Shown piece by piece: positions 12,614 to 25,338 of a stretch of 64,000 bases of DNA. Source of the DNA: Amoebophrya sp. A120. Its lineage: Eukaryota; Protista; Dinoflagellata. How positions within the stretch are numbered: position 1 is the stretch's first letter; every line of letters starts with the position of its first letter. The notes below the pieces were generated by a model. That model was given only the letters and a program-made list of their open reading frames with translations, made no database searches and was not told the DNA's origin. Location: NCBI GenBank assembly GCA_905178155.1, contig CAJINV010000010.1:3616587-3680586 (forward strand), in the 5' to 3' direction. The position numbers and the translations under genes are program-made.

Positions 12614-14592
12614 ATATTTAGAGAGTGACATGATGATCCTGCGCCACAGGAATCCTTTTCAGTACGAGAGAAAAGAGTTTTTCAAAAGAAATAAATCGCC
12701 GCTGGACAGTCCTCGTTCGCCTGTTTTAGCGCTTCGTTCACTTCTATACTCCATAACTCCTTCCCCATCCCCCTCCCCGCGCGATTTAGGATCCCTGCCA
12801 GTTACGGACGGTGCCTGCTCGGCTTGCTGTTTGTTTGCCCCACTCAATTACTTATTTTAGTAAGTTTACTACCTGCGAAGCGACCCCATACCCCTACTAG
12901 CTCGTTCCTTAGTAGTTCTGTGAGACTCGTATTTGGTCGTAGTCATAGAAAGCTCACGTAGTCCTGCGCAGAGCACACGCGACCCTACTGTGTTTTGCCT
13001 CGTGTATCAAAAAATAAAAGAACGACCTTTTCGATAATTTATTGATTCCTTTGTGGTGAACAGCCAAACAAGCCAGAGCCATGCGCAAGACCGGCAAGCA
13101 TTAACATGTTAACAACCGAAATCACAGCGAGACGTGGTTCTTGTGAGGCATATGACCCACGGAGGATTGTTGAGATTTATGAGCTTATCGTGATCTTCCT
13201 GAAAGAAGTTTAAGTAACTTAGTCCTTCCTAGCAGCCGTGCTTGCGACACTAGCGACAGCAGGAGTTTTTTGAACGCCAGAGCAGCGACACGAAAGAACC
13301 GCTCTGAGTATAAGGAGAGCTTTTAGAATACCTAATAACTAGTACGCGAAATTTTTCACCGGTCTAGCTGTTGACTATCCACTACAACACAGGCAAGTAT
13401 AGGACGGCTTCAGGTGAACTTGTTTCTTTTTAGTTAGGTGATGATAGGTCGAAGATCGAGTAGGAAAAGCAAGAAGATTATGATATACAACAATACTCGT
13501 GTGTCCGTCGATGCAAGTCGTGCAACTCACGTTGTAATATTTCATTTTTTGATACGAGTATGTGTGGACCGTGGTCGCCCCTGAGATACTTGCTCATCTT
13601 CGTGGACAGCAAAAAATACATACAGGCTTCTTTACTTGTTTGTTTCTTCTGCCTAACTTGCAGTAGTTTAATACGCATCTTCACTGCAGCTCCTCCGCGC
13701 ATTTTGAAATAGGTACTAAATCTAACGATCAAAGAACCTCAGAAAGTAGAGGTTCTGACTGTCAGTACGACGACGTCCACCCAATACGCAAATAACAAGT
13801 CAAAAAAGTAAAATATACGAAGTACGACAAATAAGCTTTTTCAACGTCATCTCTGGGCTGTGGCGACGAGGAGTCCACCTTGGCTTGGCGGAATGCCAAA
13901 GGGGTTCTTGTACTTTTGGGAACTACAACAACTCGTCCTTCAGGTGGGGTTCTTGGTGTTCCGCTACAAACGAATCGTCGTCGTCTGGCGAAGTGCATTT
14001 TCGTCTTGATACCTCCCTTCGCAGAAGTACTAGATCATCGAAAGACATCAAATTCTCACAAGGAGCGTGTGCTGACTTTGCCTGTTGCGAGCCAGGCTTT
14101 GAAGGTGAGAGAGGACTTTATTTTCCGCTGCGCTAAGTTATAGTTGAAGTTCCGGTCGTCGTTTGGCGCCAACTCGATCGATGTCGAATCGCTTTCTGAA
14201 GAACTACAGTAGTATGGCAGATAGTTCTACTTCCCAATCTCTCTGTCTGCTTTTACTTTCATAACATTTTCTTGAAGTAGTTTTGAGTTTTCAGGTTTTT
14301 TTGTACATGAACGAAGTCAATGAGTGCCTGTTGAACTTTTTCATGGGGAGGAGGTTCTTGAGCATCTAGATGGGCAGTGATGAAAAATAGAACTACAGAA
14401 TTTGAATTCATTTCTGCTCACTCTTCTTCTACGCGGCCAGATCAGAGAGTGTGAAGAAGGTAATACAGGTAGTAGAGCCCTTATAATGTGGCTTGATTTC
14501 AAGAACATCAATCACTTTCACTTCTGTAGCATAAGGATAAGCCAGAAAGGAGGCCGCGGCAAGTAAAAAGTTTATTTGTAGTAGAAGAAAAG

Positions 14593-17500
14593 ATGGCAAA
14601 CTCTTCCCCCGGGCGGTCCGGGGAAAATAATCACAATTCGAAAAACAACTCCGCCTTCCAGCTTGCCATATCAACTGCAAAAATGTCTGGGTCTGGAAGA
14701 TTGCCAGGTTTGTCATGCATATTTTGCATGGCTTATGATGCCTGTAGTGCATGACATAGCAGCACAGATTTTTGGAAGGCTTCCTGATGCCTATTCCGCA
14801 TGACAGATGCCGTCTCCGCGTAGCACAATCTGGGCTCCCCTTGCTGGTCATGCAATGCAGATTTTTTTAGAATCCAAAAACAGCATGACAAGTTGGGATC
14901 CTTCCAGACCCAGACATATCTGCAATGCATATGCCCGGTCGCTCTTCAATAGTACCAGGAACAACACTTCGGGTGGCGGCATGTCCGGATCGAGATCTGG
15001 CTCCCCCCCTCGCGGTATGACAGTGCACAACTCACCCTCCCCGTCATTTGCATAGCATGAACGGCAATACAAGCATAAGCAAGAGTGCCGGTTTTGCATG
15101 ACAAATTTGTACTGGATTGTAGTGCTACTTAGGCTACTAGAACGTGTAATGCAAACAGTGCCAAGAGGCAAAGGGTGAATTGGGTATTTTGCATGACAAA
15201 TGAGGGGGAGGGGGAGTTGTGCACTCTCATACGCGGCCACGGGAACAGCTCGGGAGGGAGTTCTGTTTTCACGCCAGGGAAAAATGACGTGTTCCGCAAC
15301 CAAATCAACTTCGAGAATCAGGAGAACATCATGCAGGCGGGTGCTTCTGGTACCAACCAGCAATTGAACACGATGAACTCTATGGGTGGAATTGCGAACC
15401 AGCAGCAGGGCGGATCATCCTCGAGCAGCAGTTCTTCCGGCGCGGTTTTACCGTCTCACGCGGCAGGTCGAGGAGGTCAAGATAGTGCCAACAACAGCAA
15501 TTCTTCCGCTTTCTACAAGCCGGAGAAGCACCGCGCGGAGAACAAGGAGAGCTTAGTGAAGAAGGAAGTGTCTTTCGCGTTTGCGCTGGTGAAAACCTTC
15601 AACCCGGCGGACGGACACACGATTATGCAATGCAAAAGTATCGCACTCGTAGTAATCACAATCATGCGTTACAAATCTCTATCGCAAGGTAAAACAGCAT
15701 GACAAATCCGACGCGTCATGCAGCTGAGCGAATTTGTAATGCAAGAATTACTACTACTAGTACGATGGTACTTTTGCAATGCATAACGATTGATGAAGAG
15801 CAGTTTGACATCGATCCGTTGCCGTATGACAGTGCGCAATTCCCTCTCCCCCTCATTTGTCATGCAAAATATGCCAACTCCAAATGCTGCCTCGTGGCAC
15901 CGTTTGCGTGACAGATTCTGGAAGTAGCGTAAACAGCACTGTACTACGCGCATGAAGAACTTGTCATGCGCAGGCTCCATGTGCGCTGGTGTCTCTATTG
16001 CTGCTTATGCAATACAAATGAGGGGGAGGGGGAGTTGTACACTGTCATATGCCGCCAGACTCCGCGGAACGGAAGGAGAAGTATTAAATGCAAAAATGTC
16101 TGGGTCTGGAAGATTGGAACTTGTGATGCTACTTTTAGATTCCATAAAAATCTGTATTGCATGACCAGCAAGAGGAGTCTAGTTTGTGCTACGCGGGGAG
16201 GGCGTTTGTCATGCGGAGGAGGCATCAGGAAGCCCCCTCAAAATCTGTGATGCGCGGTCGTGCATTACAGACATCCTGGGTCATGCAAAACATGCATGAC
16301 AAATCTCAGAATCTTCCAGACCCAGATATTTTTACATTTCATAAGAAGGAACGGAAAACAAGAAGAGGCACGGGCGGGTCCGCATTGTATGGGAAAAACA
16401 GGGACATCAACTCTGTCTTCAACCACGAAGACGATGATTCAGATGAGTTCCCCGCGATCTCCGATGCCTTCATGACAAAGGCAAAATCGCCCGTGAAACG
16501 CCTCCCTAGTCGGATCCGGAGGGACAGCATCGGCAACCTCGCGGCCTTTTTCGACCCGATGAGCGAGGAGAGCGAGGACCTTATCAACTGTAAAAATGTC
16601 TGGGTCTGGAAACTTGTGATGCTGGGTGGCGTCTCATGATGAGGCTACAGATGCTGGCTCAGCATGACAAGTTTCTGAGCTCTTAGGTGTTGCCTATTCT
16701 GCATGACAAACTGCGCTTCTGCATCACAGAAAAGCGGAGCTCTTGGGTAATGTGCATGACAGATTTAAGAGTCATGCCAGACAAGCATGACAAACCTTGC
16801 ATTCTTCCAGACCCAGACATTTTTACAGTTGATAGACCTGACGGGGGCCTTGAACCAGGCGAATTTGGAGCTGCAGAACCAACACTTATGGATTGCAAAA
16901 ATGTCTGGGTCTGGAAAGTTGGAACTTGTAATGCTGGCCTTGCATTCCTGTGAAATCTGTATTGCATGACCAAGAACAGTGGTAGCCTCTCATGTCGTAC
17001 AAAAACGTAGTTTCTCATGCGGAGTTCGTATGAGAAGGCGTGCTGCAACCTTGTCATGCTTTCCGGCATAAGGAAGTGACTTCCTTGTGCACATTTTAGC
17101 ATCACAAATTTCCAGACCCAGACATATTTGCATTTGATAACACTTTTCGGGCACTGATGTGTCGAATAACGTGGAAAAAAGGCGCGTTTCGGTCATCAGC
17201 GACAACAGTGACGACGTTTTCGCGGTGGGCGAGGAAGAGGCGAGGAGAAGCAGCGCGGCATCGGGGATGCAGGGTATAGGGAACGAATAGAACTTCTTGT
17301 TTCAACTACCCTTGCGATGTGGTCTCATTTGCATGATGACGTTTTGCAGCTAGCAACTTCCTACTGTGTTTGATGTTCGTGTCTTCTTCACTGAAGACAA
17401 ATAATTTTGAATGAGATAGAGATTCCGATATTGACACAAAACTATCAGGGACTAACGCGAACATTAACCAGCAAGAGCGGAATTCGGACTCTTTGTTCGG

Positions 17501-20500
17501 GGAAAACGAGCCGGACAAAATCGACCACATTCCGGAAGAGCCGGAGAAGGACGAAGACTCGTTTTTCAGCGGGTTAAACACCGAATTGTCCTCTATTCGG
17601 CAGGTCACCGGTACGAACGACTTCAACCAGCCTAACATCACCTTCCAACAGTCGAACTCCTCGCAGCATTCCATGCACAACCGCGCGCGGATCCTGACCC
17701 CGAACTCCCAACTGGGGACCCCGCGGAGCATCGACGGCAGCTCCAAACGACGACGGGTGAACAACCAGGGTAGCATATCGTATGTGAAAACTTGCCCACA
17801 CCATAATCACGATGGGAAATCTGCTAGACAAATCAACCAGCTTTGGTTGCTGCGCATGACAAGTTTGGCTGTGCAGTGTAATCCCGTTGAGCTAGCTCCA
17901 GCAGCATGACAGATCTAGCGAATCGTGCTGATTCGAGCGTCACAAATTCCGAAGCACAGCTAGAGAATGCGTCTCATGTATGACGCTCCGCATGAGAAAC
18001 ATTTTGACCATGCAGATTTGCATGACAGCTATCGGGTGGGGACGTTTCTACATAGGATACAGCAGGGACATCACGGGGCAGGTGAAGTCTATGGCGGATT
18101 TGATCGAGGACATGGATCCGGGACAGAAAAATCTGAGCGACCACTTCGACGCTGTGGCGGTATCTGAGTGTTTTATGTGCCGCTCGACGAGCACCTGATG
18201 TGAGTTATCATTCATCTAAATGCAGCACAAACAAGCTGCTCGTGTTCGTCCGCAGGCATAGGTCGCATGTTGTCATGTATGTTTTTTTGATTTTGTGTTT
18301 TTACTTTATCAAATCTAAGGAAAGTCGTTTTTTATCAGGTTCAGCAATCCGAGGAGGAGATCCGGCGTAAGTCTGTGATCAAGACCGAGGGCCGGGACCT
18401 GCTCGACGACGTTTCTTCCGTCGGTGACGACGAGGAGTGCGACACGCCTTCTTTCGGGAATTTTAAGTCTCCGAACAATAACCAGGAAAATAATAACCAG
18501 AAAACAAATCGGCACTCCTCCCGGTCCCGCGGGCGGACGTTCTCCTCAATTCCGGACGATTTGAAAAACCGAAACAGCAACATGCTCGCGGGAAATGGCT
18601 TGAAATTGGATTCAGAGAAAGCCCGGGATTCGCAATTTTCCAGTTCGGGTTGGGACAGCTCGGATATGAATGTTAACCGGCGGTCCTCTGTCTACTCGCC
18701 GAATCAGGCGGATCCTTTCAACTTCCAACCCGCGCCGGCACACTCGGTATGCATTGCAAATATGTCTGGGTCTGGAAGGTTGAAACTTGTGATGCGCATT
18801 TCAGAACACAGAAAAATCTCTCATGTATAGGCAGCCAAAGTTGCTCACTTTCTGTCACCAAAGTCAGGGATTTGTCATGCGGATTCGGCATTGCGAACGC
18901 TTCTCGAAACCTGTGATGCTAGAGCTTCCATGCCAGACCTTCTGTGTCATGCAAAAGCAGCATGATTCTTCCAGACCCAGACATTTTTGCATTTGATACT
19001 CGGTGTACGGAAACAATAACTCACCCGCGGCCCGATCGGACCGCGGCGAGTTGTCGCAATCGGACCGGAATTATGAATTGCAAATATAATTTCTGGGCCT
19101 GGAAGGATGCAAGGTTTGTCATGCTTGTCTGGCATGACTGAAAAGTTTGTGATGCGTGTCCAAGAAGAAACCCTTTTGCTTGTCATGCAAGATCGCAGTT
19201 TCTCATGCGGAAAGTGCACCACTAAGCAACGCAGATATAATTTCTCCTGCTGTGCTGTGCATTACAGAGCATTCGCTATTCGAAAACCAGCATGAGAAGT
19301 TTCCAGACCCAGGTTTTTTGTATTGCATAGGAATAACCGGCATAATACTTCGCGTCACAGCAACAGTCTGAACAACAGCAAACTGGACATCGACCTCCCG
19401 CCCGAGAAAAACAGTATCAAAGTCAGCAGAGAAGTGAAAAACGCGCTGGCAAACCGGCCGATCACCATCATTCCGCCAGACCAGTTGGCTGCGGCGCGGA
19501 ACAGTATGGACTCGAATTTGTCTGGTAGGAATAATAATGCTGTGCAGCCGTTGATGAATGTAGAGAACAACAACCGCAGGGCGTCGCGCGCAAGCAACGA
19601 GGAGTGGGACCCGCGGAGACGGTCCTATCAAAAGGAAAAATCCCCCCTCCCCATATCGAAAACGAAATTTGTGATGCTGTATTTGAGTACACAAATCAGG
19701 TTTGTATTGCAGAGAGGCATTGCGGCCAGATCCCCAGGCTAGGTAGGGGCGCATGGTTCTAGTTGTGCAGCATGGCAAACGGCTCCCCTTTAGGCCTCAC
19801 AGCATGACAAATCGCTTCCATAATGGGGCGGAAGTTTCTGCCCTTGTCTTCTTGCAAGACAAATGCGATCTGTGACCTCAAATCAGCAACACAAATTTCC
19901 GGAAACGTACCTGTTCGATATGGGGAGGGGGGATTTTTCTCTTTGATAGGTCCGCTTCTTTCATGATTGGCGACGTTTCCGCTTTGAATCAGACAGGAAC
20001 GAATAGTAACAATCGAGAAAACTCCGGCTCTCGGATGAACAACAGCCAGCTGAATCGGTCCAACCTTCTCTCTCCTCGGGCGAACGAGCAGATTGGTGGC
20101 GCCACTTCCAGTCGAAGCCGGGTGGGAATGTGGAAGTCGCCGATCCAGCAGAACCCGAATCGGTCGCTGTGGGGGATTAGTTTTGAAGAATTTAAGGAGA
20201 GGATCGGGGTGTCCGATGCGGACTTAGAGAAACACATTATTGACGCGATCGAGCGGTATAAAATGCCATTAGACGAATATGGGAGTGTCAGGATCGAAAT
20301 CAACAAAATCGAAAAACTTGTGATGCATAAAATCGATACCAGTTGGAGCCTCAGTTTCCAAGCGGCGCATGACAAATTTTAGGAGCACCAAAATCCAGTC
20401 TGTCATGCTGTTTGGGCAAAGGAGACTGCTCTTGTGATGCTACTCTGGCAGCAGATCGCCTTCCCCTAAACAGGCTTGCAATCGGGTTCATTTGCTTGCT

Positions 20501-23500
20501 CCCCAACACAGGCCATGCGTGCTCTACATTTTATGCATTACAAATTTTTATTCGATTTTGTCGATTTCGATCCTGACACTCCCATAACGAAATCGCGAAA
20601 GGAGCAGCGGTTGGGGGTGCTGGTGGATCTGCAGGAGGGGGAGGAGCAGCAGCTTCAAGTGCAACAGCAGGAGCAAGTAACTCATCATCATCTTCTTCTT
20701 CATCCGCAGCAGCAGCAGCGGCGTCCGAGCTAACGTCTCTCCACCTGGACGCAAAGAAACGCGCGGTGGGATTGTTGCCGGCTTACCCGCCCCTGTCGGT
20801 GCTGCAACAGCTGAACGATTGGCAGATCAAATCGGAGGATTTGCCCGTGGTGCGGAAGTTGCTAGCGGCGAATAATTCTGCTACCGCGAGTGGTGTGGAG
20901 AAGGAGCAACATGAGCAGTTTGTGGAGCAACTACGGCAAATCGCTTTTCTCGCGATAGAAAAAGTATCCACTGCAAATATGTCTGGGTCTAGAAGAGTGC
21001 GAGATTTGTCATGCTAGTCTGGCATGAATCTGAGCTCTGTATTGCGTGGCCAGGAACATCTCCTCTTGCCTGTCATGCGAAAGCGCAGTTTCTCATGCGG
21101 ACTGCACAACACAGAGCAACCAGAAAACCTGTTATGCTTGGCGGCGCATCACAGTGCGCTTGTTATTCACCGACAGGCATCACAAGTTCCAAGACCCAGA
21201 CACATTTGCAATGCATAAAAAGGGGTGATGGACAATGCGAAGCAGCACTACGACGAGAAGTTGCGGGTTTTTTACGAAAAGGAATTTTCGAGTTTGGAAA
21301 AAGAGATCGGGGAAAAGAAGGAGAAGGTGGAGAAACTAGCTGTGCATAAGGAAAAACTCGCGAAATTATTGCAGCAGAAGAACAACATTGAACAGACTTC
21401 GAAAGCGGAAAAGGCGCGGAACGATAGACGGAGGGAAGAAGTGAAAAATCAGAAAGAGTACGGGAAACAGGTATAGAATTTTCGAAGGATTTTTGATGTC
21501 GCATGGAAAATAGATGATCTGCATGATAAAAGCTTTTTCTCAGCTCTTATACGTGTTTTACTCTCGTTCTTCGTGTCGTGGATCGGATGAAATTGCTTCA
21601 TTTTTACTCTTGTGAAAATCAGCTCGAAATCCGGATCGCGGCGGCCCGTGCGCAAGTGAACCAGAGGCGACAAAACGTGAATCACCAGCTCGAACAGCAC
21701 TCGCTCATGACCGGAGCTGCTAGTGGGAACAACAACACAACTAATCTGAACCTCACGTCCCAAACCACGCTCACCAACGTCCTCCACCCGAATGCGCCGC
21801 AGCCAACCGAACAGGACCTGAAAGCGGCAAAAAAGGCGATTCAGATCCTACAAAAGGAGAATGAATCGCTGAAAAAACAGAACGAGCGGAAAAAACTCTC
21901 CCGCGACCTTTCGAAGTGGAAGAAGGGGTTAGGCAAGGATGTCGGGAACAAAAATCCGGACAAACTCTTTCTGTACCGAGACAGCGGCTTGGGGCACGAG
22001 CTGACGTTTACCGAAGGGTCGCTGCGCTGGAGTTTCACGCCGAGGGTGTCCGAGTTCTGCCCGTTGCGGTTGAACAACGACCATCCAAACGCGAAAAATC
22101 TGGCGAAAGACATGTACAATGCCTGTTGGGTGAAGTCGCGCGGGACTATTTTAGCGGCGGCGGTTTCGCCCAGAAAAAACGCCCCGAGTTCGCCTACTTC
22201 CGGCACAACTACCGATGGGCAATCCTGGCTGGTGATCTTCGGGCACATATCAAAATGAAAAATCGACCCTCCCCATAGCAAAAAAGGGATTTGTGTAGCA
22301 TGATTTGTGATCACAAAAGACGTTGTCATGCTAGAAGGGAAGAGATGGACCGACTGTAGTACTGGCTGGCGTTGGAAAACCTTGCATCTTCAACATGACA
22401 GGACGCAACTGGAAGCGGAGAACAGCATGACAGATTACCTGCAAGCGAGGGGGGCGCAGCTGCGTCTCTTGGCCTTCTAGCAAAACAACTCGACTTGTGT
22501 ATGCAAATACAGCATCACAAATTTACGTGTCGATATGGGGAAGGGGCATTTTTCCTCTCAATAGCACAGACTCGCCCAGATCGACCGGTTTTTGAAAGAC
22601 CTGGGTGGGATATTACAATGAAAAATGCCCCCACCCCAGCACTTGGCAGCATTTGTATTGCAAACCTTTCCAATGGAAACATTTCCCGTCTTGCATATAT
22701 CAGCATCACAAATGTGCCACTCTGAATAGCTCAAATCTGTGTTGTAAAGGAGCCCAAGAGCAGGCAGATGTGTTGTGCAGCAGATGCCTTGCGTGCCTAG
22801 ATTCTGCATCAGAGAGGCTCATAGTCCTTTCATGCAAGACAAAAAGCTTTCATTTGGAAACTTTGCATGAGAAACTTTTGCACGGGTTTGGGGGCAGTTT
22901 TCACTGTAATTCGGGATTACGGGCGTCACGTTTGAGGACCACGAGTCGTTTCTGATTTTCCACGTCATGGTGACCCCCAGCATCGAAGTCAACCCCTACG
23001 GCTTTTCTGAGGTTTACCCTACCCCCGGGAGCACGAAGCGCGCGTACTGGATGTTTGATTTGCGGTTGCCGCGGTCGTATCAACTGCAAAAATAAATGCC
23101 TGGGTCTGGAAGAGTGTAAACTTGTCATGCAGGTTTTACATAACCCATGAGGTCCGGCATGCGGGATCTAGCATGACAGACTCTACTGCGAGGTCTCTGT
23201 CATGCCTCGACTGCATGAGAAACTCGAAACTCCCTCCCAACTTGGTCGAAAGTGGACAGCTTTCGGCACTCATGCAACACAAATTTTTGCATGATTCCGA
23301 TTTAGCATGACAAGTTGCAATCTTCCAGACCCAGACCTATTTGCAGTCCATAAGTCGGAACTCATAAGGTTCGCCGCACACATCCACGACGTGGACTGGA
23401 TCTCGAAGTTGCAGTGCACCGCAAAACCGACGCCGGGGGTGGATCAGAAGATGGTGCAGACGGCGATTGACGATTGTCTGGTATAGAACAAGTTAGAGCT

Positions 23501-24234
23501 GATAGTACAACTAGTAGTGTGTTTGTTCTGCGTTTTTTCATCTTCATGAATATGCAGGACTGGAGTTTGTCATGCGGATACTATCATTCTGTTTCTGCGA
23601 AGATAAACTTTTTAAATTCTATCAGGACGAGATCAAGTCGGACACGTCTGCCGCCGCCCGCGCCAGCCGGTCCGCCCCGGGGGCGATTCGCAGCTTTTTG
23701 CAGAGCATCTACAAGCAGGTAAAGGAGAAAATGCTGCGGGACTTGAAACACTCGCACCCACAAGAACACCAGGCGTACCTGCGTCACAAAAATTCCTTCT
23801 TCGGCCAGCCCGTCGCTGGGATGCAGCTGCAGGAGCACCCGCAGGCGGGTGCTACTTCGCTGACCAGCATGGCCACGAACGTTGGGTATAACGGCGGCGG
23901 AAGTAGTGGCGTGGGGTCGATGAACTACAGTAGGGGTGGCATGACCGGGACGTCGAGCCATGCTGGGAATTTCGGTACGGGCGATTTTTACGCACAAAGC
24001 TCTCGGTCGCACATGGGAGGTTCCATGCAGGGTAGAGGAGTAAGCGGCACAAGTTCATCTTTTTCCCGAGCCGGACATCATCATCCAAATGCATCCTCCT
24101 CCCGTGCCCACCCGTATTCCCGCCCAGATCGATCGCAGATCTCGTCGCCGGAGAGGTCGGTGTTGCAGATGCTGATGCCAACCAGTGCGGAGAAGCAAGA
24201 GAGGGAACGACATCAGCAGCCATTGGTGCATTAG
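14593..24234 (+). CDS. Probable divergent KNL1/Spc105-like kinetochore scaffold (about 1568 aa)
   Basis: Removing 16 introners and 4 GT-AG introns (17274-17448, 18160-18338, 21471-21622, 23481-23625) gives a 4707-nt open frame. It has SLVK-KEVSFA...VKTF (SILK/RVSF-like), a disordered middle with EDLTG/RDITG motifs, ISFEEFKERIGV (Spc7-domain-like), a coiled coil and a globular C-terminal region. The gene model is solid; the family call is inference. Confidence 0.6.
14669..14931. mobile_element. Introner family B
   Basis: Family B TIR; TSD tgcca/tgccc. Confidence 0.9.
15016..15231. mobile_element. Introner family F
   Basis: Family F TIR; TSD cgcgg. Confidence 0.92.
15624..15785. mobile_element. 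Introner family C
   Basis: Family C TIR; TSD acgat. Confidence 0.92.
15825..16049. mobile_element. Introner family F
   Basis: Family F TIR; TSD tgccg. Confidence 0.92.
16082..16343. mobile_element. Introner family B
   Basis: Family B TIR; TSD agaag. Confidence 0.92.
16582..16834. mobile_element. Introner family B
   Basis: Perfect 26-bp TIR TATCAACTGTAAAAATGTCTGGGTCT; TSD gacct. Confidence 0.93.
16887..17139. mobile_element. Introner family B
   Basis: Family B TIR; TSD acact (no G, so no GT or AG boundary is possible). Confidence 0.93.
17776..18059. mobile_element. Introner family D
   Basis: Family D TIR; TSD tagca/cagca. Confidence 0.88.
18748..18998. mobile_element. Introner family B
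   Basis: Family B TIR; TSD ctcgg. Confidence 0.92.
19072..19329. mobile_element. Introner family B (variant TIR)
   Basis: B-like TIR; TSD ggaat. Confidence 0.9.
19626..19948. mobile_element. Introner family A
   Basis: Family A TIR; TSD ggtcc. Confidence 0.93.
20278..20586. mobile_element. Introner family G
   Basis: Long TIR TATGGGAGTGTCAGGATCGAAATC-ACAAAATCGAA; TSD acgaa. Confidence 0.93.
20965..21217. mobile_element. Introner family B
   Basis: Family B TIR; TSD aaaag. Confidence 0.92.
22248..22563. mobile_element. Introner family A
   Basis: Family A TIR; TSD gcaca. Confidence 0.92.
22611..22911. mobile_element. Introner family H
   Basis: TIR TATTACAATGAAAAATGCCCCCA; right end is ATT; TSD tggga/cggga. 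Confidence 0.87.
23078..23352. mobile_element. Introner family B
   Basis: Family B TIR; TSD ggtcg/agtcg. Confidence 0.9.
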
Positions 24235-25338
24235 GGAGGAAGGTTTGGTTGTTTGGAGAAGCTACTTACTTCTTCTCGAGTTCTTCTTGTATTGCAAAAT
24301 TTTAAAATTGATATGATCCTCGGGATTGCGACGACATCTTTGTACTGCTAGCGCTAGCGGTAGCAGCGGGGAACAGAATCGTTTCTGACGTAGTCAAAAC
24401 CTATTACACGACGTAGCGAAGTAGAAAGTTACCTTTTATACCAATTTCAGTGAACAAAAAGTGTGTGAAGTTTTCCTCTGGGTGCAGCAGCAGCAGCGGC
24501 AGCAGCAGCATCTTCCAGAGAGAAGACGCTTTATGGTGGGACTCAAGAAAAATTTTCGTAAGTTTATCAGACGTCTAGCACAAAAATCGAAAAAAAGATG
24601 AGAACAAAGCACGATTAAGTGGTTCAGCTCGTCGATCGCTCACGAAGCGAATTAGCTTATTCCTCTAGAATAATATATCCTCAGAACAAGACAGGGCGAC
24701 AAGCTTGCGCTTGTCATTGCGATACTCGCGCTTGTCACCGCGATATTACTTGTAACCTCGCCTGCAGTTGTATAATCCCGGGCGCCACCACGGGTATAAT
24801 TCAGGTCGCGAGAGGGAGCAAGAACGCGTAGGTATTTGGAGATTGTTGTGAAAAACCTGTACTCATTCGACAAACATCAACGACACATCGATAAAGAGGA
24901 AACAAAAAGACGGTGAAGCCTATTTTTGACATCTACCGCACTTGAGCGCCATCTTTTGTTCTCACTAGTACTGTTCTTGTAGGTGCCCGGCGCGTGCGGC
25001 TTCCAGCTGGGCTGGTAGCGTGCACTTACGACATATTGGTTCATCGCACGGCGACCTTTTTGGTTCCTTTGGTTGGTCAAAGATGAAGGTCACTTTTTAC
25101 CAGGATCCCCGATTTCGAAGAGCATTGTTCGTTATACAAAAGTGAACACGCTTCTTTTTGTCTCGATCTGCGTTCAACCTCAACCTGTCTTCCCACTTTT
25201 CTTGAGTAAAAAGTTTCCGGATTGTTGTTCTCATCGTGCATTATATTGAAATCATCCCCCCCACTCCCTTCTAGAGCAAGTAGAAGTACAAAACCATGGC
25301 AGTGCTGTGACATTCTTTCCTCGCCTCTCCCCCACACC

